This document shows, piece by piece, positions 38,466-51,045 of a DNA stretch of 64,000 nt. The notes beneath the pieces are model-generated. The model had not been told where the DNA came from and searched no databases. It saw nothing but the letters and a program-made list of their open reading frames with translations. Made by a program: the position numbers and the translations under genes. This stretch comes from Marsupella aquatica (lineage: Eukaryota; Plantae; Marchantiophyta): assembly GCA_973895155.1 (NCBI GenBank), contig OZ316896.1:434001-498000 (forward strand). The letters are read 5' to 3'. Position 1 is the stretch's first letter, and each line of letters opens with the position of its first letter.

Positions 38466-39724
38466 AAATGGAGGAATATTAATATTGTGCCATATATGCC
38501 AAAAGAGCTAGTACTTATCTATGAATTTGAAGCCCCAATGGACCACAAGGTTGGTCATAACCCCAGTGGACCACATTTTAATTGTAATAGCTTGATATTC
38601 TTAAATTGAAATATCTTTTACTTTTGGCAATATGCTAGAGTATTAGGTAAGCTACCTGTCCATCAAAGTGACAGTGAAGTTTTTGGCCATTTTGGAAATG
38701 AATACTACTCTTTTGACATAGAGATATTTAGGATCACAAAAAAGATATAGTTTCACCTAATTCATGGAGGTGCACAACTAAGAATGATTTTTTTACTTAT
38801 AGTCCTCAAGTTATGGGCCCCAAACTCCCATGGACCATCACAATGTGGTACAAGGGAGCTGTGTGTCCAACATGGTGGTCAATCTTGGTTGCACTTTCAC
38901 TTATGTATGGGTATTTTGTGTAATAATTATATGCAACTAATACATACAATATACATGATTGTATTTATCTGATTTAGCTTATGCCTATACCATTTTGCAT
39001 AATTATGGTCAACTGCAACAAACTTGATTTTTTTGGTTTCAACTGCATGAATTCCAAACCCTATTCTTAGCAGAAAAATAGATAGTACATTGCCAAAGAA
39101 CTTATTTTTTGAGACTCACTGCTATATGGCCATTCCACCTTTCAGTATTTTTTCTTACTAAAATTACAATGTGTCATCACAAGGTTTATCATTCACTTTT
39201 ATGATTTAGATTTTAAATTATTTTGGCACCTCTCTAAATAATTTTATCTTGCTATGTTAGAGATCTCGTGTACTATGGACTAGATCTAGTTTTCAATACA
39301 ATGCGGAAACCCCCCTTAGCAATAAAGTTATGGAATTTTTGCCAATTCTAGTGTATGAGATAGAGAACCGATACTTTGCGATGTGGACACCTCTTGCTTT
39401 AAGTCCTCCTCATACTTTTATTTGCTAAGCTTATAGTTTTTATTGTCATTACCTAAGGCAAGAGAGTATCTTTCTTTAAGTTATGTGCACAATTTTTGAT
39501 TGATTTTGAGTGTCATGAGGGCAAGTGAGAATACCTTATATGCACAACTTTTCAAGACTTGTGTATTTGATTTTTACTGGTCATTATGTGAAATGTACAT
39601 GTGCTAGACTTCTCTCACTATTAAATACTATACAATAGTCATTCACACATCATTACAAGACCAAAAAATGAAAGCATGTTTAAGTATGCACATGCTGTAC
39701 TAGTACATTGCCAAGAACGTCCAA

Positions 39725-40180
39725 ACAGGGAGACAGGATTTCAAGAACATAATACCTAATAAAAGGGCAAAACCAAGGTTAAATCCAGGAAGAGCAAAGA
39801 GCCAGATTATTTTATATCACACTTCCAAAATGACATGAACTCCAAACCAAACCGGGAGACATGGTCCCAAAGGCAAAAAAAACCCAATAAAGTGGGGGGG
39901 GGGGGGGACCCCAAGAAGACCAAAGAGGCCCAAGAAGTCAAGGAGTAACCCAGAAAATCCAAAGCCAGAGAACCCAAGAGTCCCTTACAATAACAAAGTA
40001 CCTACCATTGAACACTATCTGAAAATCCTTATAAAGTTCTCGATAATCTCATAGGAGAGTCCTAGAACTAACACCCTCGCACTCCCCAAAAGAAAGCGAT
40101 TGAGCAACAAAAGCCCGCTAAGAGAGAATGCCTACTTTCTTACATAATAGATTATTAAGTGATCACTTAGTGTATTGATA
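39725..40180 (-). mobile_element. probable LINE 3'-end remnant, second copy
   Basis: The reverse complement shares motifs with 1680-2090. Boundaries are approximate. Confidence 0.35.
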
Positions 40181-40974
40181 CTTCGAGGATGATCACAGTG
40201 GTTTCTTACGGAGTCGTGGAACCAAGCAAAGTTCCCAGGCGGGTTCCCCGGTGAAGCGATTGGTGCTAGGCATCATCTTAATCCAGGACCTAGGCGGGTG
40301 AGCTTGCCAGGGAGCCTTCGTTCTCAGGCTCATCGGATTGGCTCGCTCCACTTTGCTCTGCTGGACAGTAAAATAATACAGTAAAATAAAAACTATAATA
40401 ATATTACTCACGTGTGGTTCATTCTGCTTGACGGCGCCCCATGACCGTAGGGCAGCCATCGAACTCCGGAAGAGATTGTGACCGTAGTATTTACAACTTC
40501 ATGGATGGCGGCGTCATAGCACCGTCGTCGGAGTGATTGCGGCGCACTCCTCAATCAGTCTCAGACTAATTACTGACTGACAGTGTATGGGCGAGAGAGG
40601 ATAAATGAGGCTTTTGGGTCGCTGGTGGTAACTTTCTGCAAGAGAGGGTGAGGGGACGGTGGGTCGTGCGACGCAGAGAGAGGCTCGTACTCTGCAGCGG
40701 CCAGCACGCAATGGGAAACCACGGATGATGCAGGGATGTCGTCGCATGCGGACCGGCAGCAGACCCCTACTAATGTATATGTTTATGGTCCTGATATGCT
40801 CCTTCATGGAGCATATGGGGCGACCGTATGCCGACCCGAAGGACGAAAGGCAAGATCGAGGCTAATCAATGCAACTAGCCTTTATTAACCCCGTACGTGA
40901 CTGCCCGCTGCCCAGTATTTCTAACGTTAATATCTAGTTAAATACCAAGAGCAAAACAATATGCACACCAATTG

Positions 40975-41363
40975 CTCCAAGGCTAGTTGGTAGAGGAGCT
41001 CCTTTGGGATGCACCCGGTCTCAGGTTCGAATCTGGTCAGTGACAGTAAAAGATTTTGTCATTCACCCCACCCAAAAGTGGGGATCATTCATACTTTAGT
41101 TACACTTAGAAAAAGTGTGACATCAAAAAATAGTCAGACAGGGGGCAGGCAGCAGTAAAAGTTTTTGTCATTCACCCCACCCAAAAGTGGATCATTCATA
41201 CTCTAGTTACACTTAGAAAAAGTGTGACATCTAAAAATAGTCGGACAGGGGGCAGGCAACAGTAAAAGTTTTTGTCATTCACCCCACCCAAAAGTGGGGA
41301 TCATTCATACTCTAGTTACACTTAGAAAAAGTATGACATCGAAAATAGTCGGGCAGCGGGAGG
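40975..41363 (+). mobile_element. tRNA-derived SINE-like element with a triplicated ~108-bp body
   Basis: Pol III A-box-like ggctagttggtaga and B-box ggttcgaatc, followed by units starting cagtaaaag at ~41044, ~41153 and ~41260. No clear TSD. Confidence 0.55.
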
Positions 41364-41662
41364 CTAAAATGGTACGGGAGGCTCATTATGAGCCTCGATC
41401 TTGTCTTTCGTCCTGAATGAACGGGGAGGCGTACGTAGCCCCATTGCTCCATTAAAATAATGAGATATAAATCCGACTACGTGGCAAGCCCTGGTAAGGG
41501 AGAGCAGTAATCTTATCCGAGAGGAAGGAATTGAAAGCGGTGAGGTTTGTGGAAGGGCTTGAAGGCAATGGGGAGGCATTGAAGCGCGCTCGCCTTCTCA
41601 CTCGCTTGCTTGTTGGGTCCTCGTCGACGGTTGGAGAATTTGATTGCAGGCGATTGTCCATC

Positions 41663-44265
41663 ATGGCGCTTGTGCCGACGACCCTGGTTACCAATGTCTG
41701 CGAGTTCGAAGAGGTGGCGAAGAGCAAGCTCCCGAAGATGGTATACGACTACTATGCTTCGGGAGCAGAAGACCAATGGACTCTGAAGGAGAACAGACAT
41801 GCTTTTGAGCGAATCAGGTCTGTGTCCGCTTCTGGAGTCAATTTCTGAAGCTGGTTCAATGCAATAAGAAGAAGAAAACAACAAAGAATTTTCTCCGAGT
41901 CTGGTTGATGACTTCGCTAGGTGTGTCGTAAAGGAGGCAGAATCGAATTCTGTCTTCGAGGCCCGAGTAGAAAAAAGAGATAGACAGATGTGGTCTATTG
42001 TTGGCAGAGTGCGTTGTTGCTTGGTTCGAACTGGGAAGTCTTCGTAGGGATGGCCAATTACTACTGTCGTGAAGATAGCCTACTTGCTCTTCCTCTTCCC
42101 ATAGCCTCACCGCTAACCTTCGCAGGCAATTATTCTAATTCGGAAGGTTTCGCTGGGATGGCTCGCTGCTGCCTCATGATGATAATGACTCGCTTGCTCC
42201 TCCTCCTGTTCCCGGCATTGCAATTGCAGATTCAGGCCCCGGATCTTAATCGATGTGAGTACAGTGGACACGTCCACCACTGTACTGGGCTTCAACATCT
42301 CTATGCCGATCATGGTTGCGCCCACAGCAATGCAGAGGATGGCACACCCCGAGGGTGAGCTAGCCACAGCAAGGGCCGTAGCATCTCACGATACTATCAT
42401 GGTATGTATTCTTCTCGCTCTCTTTCATTTGCGTCTCATCTTGGGAGTTTTAAGAGGTCGGAACCAGGTTGCAGCAGACTTCTTCACCGGAAAGTGACAC
42501 TCAAAGGGCTCTCCTTAGAACAATTTATCTCGGTCCTCGGTGCCTCCCAAATTTTGTGTTCAGCCCCTAAGACGTACAGTAGTAGTTGTACTAATTGATA
42601 ATCACAACTGTTAAGAAAATGTACAACTTTAAGGTGCCTTTGGTTTGAGTTTTACCATGTCATTTTGCCAGTTCGAAACATGGATGAAAATGATGGGAAC
42701 GCTTCCTTCTACATCATATTACACTCCTTCAGTGTCGAAGAGCCTGGTCCTGATTTGCAGATGGATGGAGGGAGTGCTAGCATGTATTTTGTTGGAAAAA
42801 ATCCAGTATATAGACATGATTTGTATGTAAAGTGTTTTTGCTGTAAAAGGGTCCATGTGGAAGCGTGGCACATCTCCATGTCGTGTTATCCTCTCTTGTA
42901 TGTGTACCACTTTCCGTATCAAACTTTCCCAGAGGAAGTAGGGGAAGTACTCTTCGTACTCTGGTTGCTTCGGATGTCAATGTGGAGTATTGTCCCTCAA
43001 TTGTGGGCTGTCCGTTCTCTTTGTTCCAAATAGAGTTCATCCATTCGAGTAAAACAGAAATAAAACAACTCTTTGTACTTTTCGTTGCACAAACAAGGAT
43101 AGGGGGTGACCAGCTGTGTTTACCGGTGGACAATTCATCCGAGTAGTGTTCATGGTCGAATTAGACAGCCTGCTCTGGCTTATCCGACGTACTTCAATTC
43201 TTTATCGCTTGGCAGGAGTCTGCATATCGTTCGCTCGTTTTCTCATTGACGATTTGGTTCCTTTTGCAGACCCTCTCATCCTGGGCTACAAGCAGCGTGG
43301 AGGAGGTAGCCAGCACTGGGCCAGGAATTCGCTTCTTCCAGCTGTACGTCTATAAAGACCGCAACGTTGTACAGCAACTCGTCCGCAGAGCAGAGGCCGC
43401 AGGTTTCAAAGCTATCGCGCTGACAGTCGACACACCCATCCTTGGCCGTCGCGAGGCCGACATAAAGAACCGATTCTCTCTGCCCCCTCACCTCACGTTG
43501 AAGAACTTCGAGGGCCTCGACCTCGGGAAAATGGGCAAGACGGAGGAGTCCGGTCTGGCGTCGTATGTTGCCGGCCAAATCGACCGGACTCTCAGCTGGA
43601 AGGACGTCGCGTGGCTAAAGACCATCACGAAAATGCCCATTCTCGTGAAGGGGGTGATCACCGCGGAGGACACGAAGTTGGCGCTCCAGTGTGGCGCTTC
43701 GGGAATCATCGTGTCTAACCATGGGGCGAGGCAGCTGGATTACGTACCTGCGACTATCTCCGCTCTCGAGGAGGTTGTAAAGGCTGCGGACGGAAAATTG
43801 CCGGTGTTCCTCGATGGAGGTGTGCGTCGGGGTACCGACGTGTTGAAGGCGTTGGCTCTGGGCGCTACCGGGGTTTTCGTGAGTACCTCACACTTGGTTC
43901 TCACTGTCAGTCCATTATAATCCTAGGCACCAACAGACAGCACTGAACTCTTATTTATTTAGCTCCTGTTTACACTCTTCCGAATCCGATCGCTATTTTC
44001 ATCGTCTGTTGCAAGTACGAAATCTCTTCAATGGTTAGGCGATTCTTGCTGACCGTGTTTGTTGGTTCTTCTTATCCAGGTCGGAAGACCTGTATTGTGG
44101 GGCTTGGCCAGCGAAGGAGAGGCAGGAGTGACCAAAGTCCTTCAAATGTTGAAGGATGAGTTCGAACTGGCCATGGCCCTGGCTGGGTGTGTCAAAATCA
44201 GTGACATTAGCCGCAACCATATCCAGACTGAGCAAGAGAGGTTGGCTCAAGGTGCCAGACTCTAG
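41663..44265 (+). CDS. GOX: peroxisomal glycolate oxidase ((S)-2-hydroxy-acid oxidase), 4 coding exons, ~373 aa
   Basis: Exons 41663-41817, 42230-42401, 43270-43878 and 44080-44265 (1122 nt). Motifs [44 protein letters not shown]-terminal PTS1 ARL. Confidence 0.97.
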
Positions 44266-47200
44266 ACATTGGAGAACGGTGGCTAGAACCTTTCACTCGC
44301 CCAAATAGGCTGTATATTTATTGTCGCTTTCAAATCTTGCACATATATTTCTACGGAACGTGCCTTACATGCATAAGGATTCCCTTGCCTTCAAGAAATT
44401 CCTCTCCCTCAGAGTTATTGGACCTATATGGAGTTTCCAAATTGCTGTTGCCCCTACATTAAATGTACCCTCTTGATTCAACTTGACAAAGCTTGTGATA
44501 GCTAATCTGTCTTGAAATTTCTCCTTGCTCTTGATTCAGCCAGTTTAGTAGAGCTGGGTTGTTCGTGGTGGAAAGCAGTGAGCCTTCCCCTCTCCCAAAG
44601 CTTGTGGCTGAGATGGGTGGTCACGTGTAGCAAGAGCCAAATTGGGAGAGCTTGCAACTGAGTCGGGTGGTCAGGTGTAGCATATCCAGTTGCTATAAGG
44701 AGAACGAACTGTTGTGTGCTTACCACCTTTGCTACCGATCTCCAAGATTCTCAAGTGATGCTTTGAGGATTAATGAATGATATGTTTTCCTGGCCATCTC
44801 CTCACCCCACAATAATATTTGGTCGGAGTTAATTTTGGAAGGATTGAGTAAAATGAGGGAGAAATAAAACGAAATTCCTCTGAGGTAGGGCCCACCCTAC
44901 TTCTATGGTCACCCTAACCAGTATGAATAGGATCTTAACCTTTCACCCTAAATAAGGTATCCGGTGACGTGTCCCTATCAGATGAGGCCATAAGCATAGA
45001 GTTTGAAGATAGACACTCATTCCCTTCAACTTAGCAATGTGAAAGTCAATGCTAGCTGGCAAAATATATTTTAGACGAATGATTAGCAAGGTTCCAAAAA
45101 TATGGTCTAGCTCCCAAAGATCTACCCTCTAAAAGACATGCAACCTTGTTTGATTGCTTTCCAGATAGCGCTGATAGGTTGATAATTCAAAGAATTGAGT
45201 TCGACACTTTTAGCAGTATAATCTGGGATTCTTCATGAGGAGAGCATGTGCAAGGTGGTTGTCCATTGCCAACCGAGCTGGATAAGCTTTGCAACTGGCA
45301 ATCCATAGGAGGAGTTGTGGTTGCTTAGTACACTACCCTGAATGCTCGAGCTTTGCTTGTAAAACGCTGGTGAGTTATGCCCGCTTCCAGTTCCAAGCCC
45401 AACTTTAGCTATGCCCTTACCCTAGCTTTTATTACATAGAGATAGGAGTAGATAAGCTTTCTCCGGGACTAAGTCAACCATGCCTCCGTCAAACTTTGTA
45501 GGTCTCAGCAAGCCTGCGTAACTTGAGGTAATGTGTCCAGATGGGGACGGAAAGCACTGAGTGTTTTTTTACCTGGTTTTCCTTGGCTGTTAGAGTGTAT
45601 TACTTTGATTGTACGATATGCAGCGATGACCTGTTCCAGTACCACAGAGTACTTTCCACATTTTTTCACAGAATTACTGTTTGAAAAGTTTCGGGTGTTC
45701 CAGTTGTTCTCGATAACATGCTAATGCGGCGGGGAGACAGAAAAGGCTTTCGCACTTGATTAAAAAACACTTTGTAGTGTACGAAAATAAGAGAAACGGA
45801 AATAGTCTCCATGGAAATGTATTTTAAGAAGACAGTTAAAGAGATCTGCTGCTTGACGTCAGAAGGAGTCTCGGACACTTCCTCGAGGTTTCCCAGTTCT
45901 TTATCTGGTACGAAAGAGTCGATAGAGACTACAAAGTGTTGTTCCTCGTAGAACACCCCTGCTTTGGAAGCCCAACATCTACAGCTCTTAAGTCTCCACT
46001 GCAAAAAGCAATGACTATCCATGTCATCGTAGCTCTCACCTGCTGCAAACAGTCTCTCGTGAGCAACTCTCATATGATTTACAGAGAACACGTGAAGGGT
46101 ATTCGAGTAAATAGTCTAAGATCTGAGAAATTTGCTATTTGTTCGACAAATACGAGGCCGTGCCATGTAGGGGTTACAATATCAGCCCCTAAACAGCTAC
46201 ATCTAGCTACATCTCCCACCGGTGGACTCGAGGTTGTTTTGGGAAACACATAGGCAGACAGCCCGACCTAGAGACATCTTTCTGCCATCTTAGACGTTTG
46301 AAATCATAAATAGGAGAATAAATCACAGACAGCCAACCTAATCAGGTCAAAGTTAGACCCAGAGAACAACTGTCCTCGAATGCAGATCTCCGTCTACGGC
46401 CTCCGACATGTAAAATAGCAATTAAGAAGAGCGAGCACTAATATATAATGAGGGAACCCGGTGAAGGTGAATTGTCACGTGTCTATTGTCACATATATTG
46501 AGCGCCATTGCTTGAAGACGGTATTGTATCACTGTTGTGAAATTTTACTACTAAAACATCCATTTGACACCTTTCCAGTCAGAGACTCTTGCCGTCGTTG
46601 AGCCAGAGTACCTGTCCCCAAGATCTCTGCCTGAAGGTTGGGTTTAACTTGCTGATGGTCACTTGACTAAGAGATCTCATTTGCGAGAATTCATAACAGT
46701 AAAAATTTTATAGTTCTCCATTTGAATGCTGAGCTTGACCTCTGAAGAGGTTCACTTCGGAATATACCTCACCGAGCTTTTTCTTTAACCGAATTAGCTG
46801 CTGGTGGGACAAAGCGAACAGGGATAGTCAATCCCAGACAGAGGATGTCTCAGTGTGTACTCAGGAATGAGGAATTAGAAAATTAATTAGGCAAACCTCA
46901 CTCGTATTCTTTCCCACGATGCCGGGTCGACCCTCGGAAGCAATAAGTTATAAAGAGCCAAAGGGAACTTGCTGGGCTTGCAAGCACTCTGCACATATGA
47001 TTCTTTCAAATCATGAAGCACCTGTAGCATCACAAAACCATACGGCTGTGATGGTCCTCATCCACACCAAAGACGCCAAATCTCAAGGATTTATAGCTAT
47101 GGCGACTCCTCGCTGGACTGTATGTTTTGCTGTTTTCATGACTTTAGGCAAGGCACAACGTAGCAGCGCTCCATGGTCCATGATTCCTCCTCTTGTTTGA

Positions 47201-47325
47201 GACCCAAAAGTTACGAACAGCAATTTGTCTCAGAATGCGTGTGAGGTGCGATATACGGAGAAAAGGAACTATCCGCAGTAATAAGCAACAATTCCTCTCT
47301 GTTTCCCAGTCTTTCTTGAGTTACC

Positions 47326-48027
47326 TCAAAGCGTTGGGATTCCATGCTTTTCTCTCTCTTTCCAAAGTGCCTGAGCTCTCTCAGAACCTCGACGAGGCCC
47401 CTGCTTTTGATATCGCTTAAAGTTCCGTTTGGCTCTTTGAGGATTTTTCCTACGAATCTTTGGCGAAATTGAAGTTTTACCCACGAATGGTCGAGTTGTG
47501 GCACTCCCGAGGGCACCGCGTTTCTTCAAAAACTCTACCAATAAATCCTTGCCAATTTCTCCGCCAGATATGTCGGCCCTCACCGACGATAACTGGACTT
47601 CTTTTTCCTCCTGTAAAACGTCCTCTTTTTCCTCTCTCTCATCAGAGCGAACATCACCTCCTTTCACAGCTTGCAAACAGATAATTGACTCTCCAACTTG
47701 GGTAACGGAAACCTGTACCTCATCCTCCTCCTCCTCCTCCCTGGGTGATTCCTGAAACGATCCCGGCAAATGACGCTCTGTCTCGCTCGTTGGCATCCAA
47801 CGCTTGTAATGCTGCTCTCCGGTCAGAAAGATGTGTCTTCCAGTCTTCAATCCCTGCCTTCTACCAGAAAATTGATCTGCTGCCCGACACGACGACTGTT
47901 TGAGACGCCGAGACAAGGAGAAAACCAAGGACGAAGCGATACAGCTGCGACCCTGCAACCCACGGGATAAAGAAATCGGACTCAGGGCGAGGCAACTCGT
48001 CACATTTGCCATCGCTGCACTTGCCAT
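47326..48027 (-). CDS. hypothetical 233-aa protein with chloroplast transit peptide-like N-terminus
   Basis: MASAAMA... Ser/Arg-rich leader, acidic middle, basic C-terminus. No recognised domain. A splice donor follows directly after the stop. Confidence 0.55.
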   Translation of the reverse strand: MASAAMANVTSCLALSPISLSRGLQGRSCIASSLVFSLSRRLKQSSCRAADQFSGRRQGLKTGRHIFLTGEQHYKRWMPTSETERHLPGSFQESPREEEEEDEVQVSVTQVGESIICLQAVKGGDVRSDEREEKEDVLQEEKEVQLSSVRADISGGEIGKDLLVEFLKKRGALGSATTRPFVGKTSISPKIRRKNPQRAKRNFKRYQKQGPRRGSERAQALWKEREKHGIPTL

Positions 48028-48319
48028 AACTGAGCTTGAAGTTGCTGCATATACATGTCAGTGGATGCTAACAAATGCTAACGCGGAACAAAGAAAGCGA
48101 ATGCCATGGCCACCGTAGTGTTACCGTGAGTAAGCCCCTTGATCTGAACCTTATAGTTTAGACTGTGGTTAGAGGTTCGAGCAGAAGTGACAGGATCGGA
48201 TCGACGTGGTTGAGATCAGGGCGTGGTGCTCTAGAGTTGCCAAGTAGACCGACAGGCGCTGGTCTTTGGGGAGTGTCAAACCGAGTGTGTCAACCCGAGT
48301 GCACTATTGATGTGTGAGG

Positions 48320-48540
48320 GTATTTTAATTACTTTGCCACTAAATATGTTTTAATTGACAATATTGCCACTATTTTTTTGTTTTTATAAAAATATCATTG
48401 TTTTGTATATGTATATGTATGACAAGTTACCAGGTAACAAGGGAACTATATACGGGAAATTGTGGCATTTTTGTAAATATCAAAAAATAATGGTAGTACT
48501 GTAAATTTAAACATTTTTAGTGACAATGTACTTAAAACTG
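48320..48540. mobile_element. Mutator-like MITE, same family as the AGO intron-3 MITE
   Basis: ttttaattactttgccactaa ... ttagtgacaatgtacttaaaa inverted arms; interior colinear with 8508-8725. Confidence 0.7.
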
Positions 48541-49476
48541 TTTGGCATTTATGCTCAGGCCATCATAGGACATTGATGGGGAGCACAAGTGCCTGTACCC
48601 TAGTAATTAGGTCGTGCATAAAATAATTAACCACATCCATGACCAAAAAGAGTTCAAAAGTGAACTCAAAAGACATTTAGGCACTATTTTCCTTCAAGGG
48701 AATGGGCTAATATTTTTCCACATCTGCAATATGGGATACATCAATGATATCATATGACAACCACCATGAAGTAGTCCACTCCATACAATATCCTGCATGA
48801 ATATCTAGAAGTGCACTATTTGCTTGCAGCATAGAACTGACCAAACAACTGCAAAAAGGAGAAGCCAAAAGGAATTCATAAGAGTAAATCAAATGCAATA
48901 CAATTTATCTAGAATGATGGAAGGTAGAGAGAAAGTGGAGTAAGCAATATAACTCTCTTCAAAGTAACTTATTCCAAGTGCTAAGGTTCATTCCAATGAA
49001 AGAGGGTCAGGTTAATTAGCATTGAATTGAAATGAATGAAGAAGCAATATTTATCTAGAAGGTCAAATATTGAAACTTGTTCTACCAATGCAGGGGCTCA
49101 TGCCAAAGTAACAAAGAATTGAATGGATAGGCATTCTCCTATCAATATGCAATCATCTCAAAATCTCATGATTTGCAGAAGTGGTGTGCAAAAGTGGTGT
49201 GCTCAGTTTGTGGAAATGGTGTGCACTGTTGTGTGCGAAAGTGGAGTGCAATGCGATGTGCTGGTGTGTGCAAAGTGCGGAAGTGTATTGTCATGCTACT
49301 AGATGCTGCTACAAACCTAGCATGTTTGATGATTGATCACAAGACATTGCGAGAAGAAGAGGATCAGATTTGCTTTGTGCCTACAGTAGTAGAACTGAGG
49401 TGTTGTGCATTGTGGTGCAGGGGTCTCTCTTTTGCTTAGTTGAGGTCAGCTAAGTTGTGTTGCATGTGTAAGAAAC

Positions 49477-50912
49477 CGTTGGTTCCAAACTAGATAGCAA
49501 TGCGTAACATGAGGGCGCTCAATCTCACACTACTCTAACAAGACACCACGATGGAGAAACTCTTGAAGGATCCATAGTTCATAAGAAAGTACATGTGAAG
49601 AATGAGGGAGAGAATGTTCTCCCTCCAACCTATACCCCCCAAGGGGGCGGCGCTTGGGGGTTTCACTTCTACAAAAATGGCACATCATGTGCAACAAAGG
49701 ATAGGGTTGTTTTATTGGTTCAAAGGGAAGACTTGAGAATTTTCTCAGAATAACAATAGGGTCTTTTAAATCCAATTTTGAGACTTATAAGAACATTAGG
49801 GTCTTTCTAACCAATTTTTGGAATATTCCAACTTTATATGGGTTGAGAATTTTTTAAAAATCTTATATTTTAGGGGGTCCAAGGCCTATGAACATTGCAG
49901 GTGATGGGGAGGCATCCATATAGTGAGACCCCTGAGGGGCTGAGATGTGTGGGACTAAACTGGATCTTAGGTTAATGTAATCCTGGGTAACTAACCATAG
50001 TAAGGCTAAAAAAACCTCAAGTTGGGAACTTGAGTCAATTCTTAACAATCTCCACCTTGTCTCTAGTTCACACAATGAGTTAAGTGATACACAATATGTA
50101 ACTAAATAACATATCCACATAGTCTCTAGTTTGGCCCTAACATTAACTATACCCACACAATGACTAAAGTTATTGTTAGGTAAAACTTTGGTAACCAAGT
50201 CTGTCACATTCTTCTCTAAAGCCACTTTCTCCAGAAATATTTGTTTCATCTCAATCACCTCACAAATGAAATGATAACAAATATCAATGTGCTTTGTCCT
50301 GGCATGGAACACAGGGTTCTTAGCCAAATGCAAAGCACTTTGATTGTCACACAGCAACACTAATCTTTCACATGAAAAACCCACACCAATCACTCACCAA
50401 TCTTTGTAGCCAAATTAGCTCCTTGGTTGCCTCACAGGCAGCCATGTACTTAGCCTGAGTAGTAGACAACGCAATACAGGATTGAGTTGTCAACTTCCAA
50501 CTTATACAACCTCCACCTAGCATGAACACATAGCCTGTAGTAGACTTCTAGTCATCCAAGTTACCAGCATAATTTGAATCTACAAAAACTTCCAACTCTA
50601 ATGTAGCATCTGCTTTATCGTCAAATAGAATCCCACAATCTAAGGTACCTTTCAAATATTGCAAATCCCACTTCACTACTTCCCAGTGAAACTTATCACG
50701 GTTTGCCATAAATTTTCTCAAAATGCAAACATCGTGGGCAATGTTAGGTGTAGTGCATGTCATGGCATACATCAAACTACCCACAACACTATCATAGGGA
50801 AGTCAACTTGTTTCATCGCCACTATATCACTCTCACTAGAATGACAATCATTCTTTGAGAGTTTGAAGTGGGAAGCCAATGGAGTACCAACTGGTTTTGC
50901 ATTATCCATTCC
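49477..50912 (-). mobile_element. Ty1/copia remnant (RT end, RNase H, PPT, 3' LTR)
   Basis: VGSLMYAM, CDNQSALHLAKNPVFHARTKHID. PPT caaggtggaga followed by TG at 50047 on the minus strand. The far LTR end is approximate. Confidence 0.85.
49653..49936. mobile_element. MITE (family of 22145-22450) inside the remnant's LTR
   Basis: TIRs cttgggggtttcact / agtgagacccctgag. Degraded 8-bp TSD gggcggcg / gggctgag. Confidence 0.75.
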
Positions 50913-51045
50913 AATGGTGGACCTTGCCACCCAATGCTCTCACCAATCCCATCATCCAGGTTGCCTAAGTGCCCTTCGTGACCAAACGCCTACACAAAAC
51001 TCCTTGAGTAAGCAACTTAGTTGGTACCTTTGGCACCTCTAATAT

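Noticed and set aside
40975-41045. Functional tRNA gene
   Set aside because: A/B boxes are present, but acceptor and anticodon stems do not pair properly.
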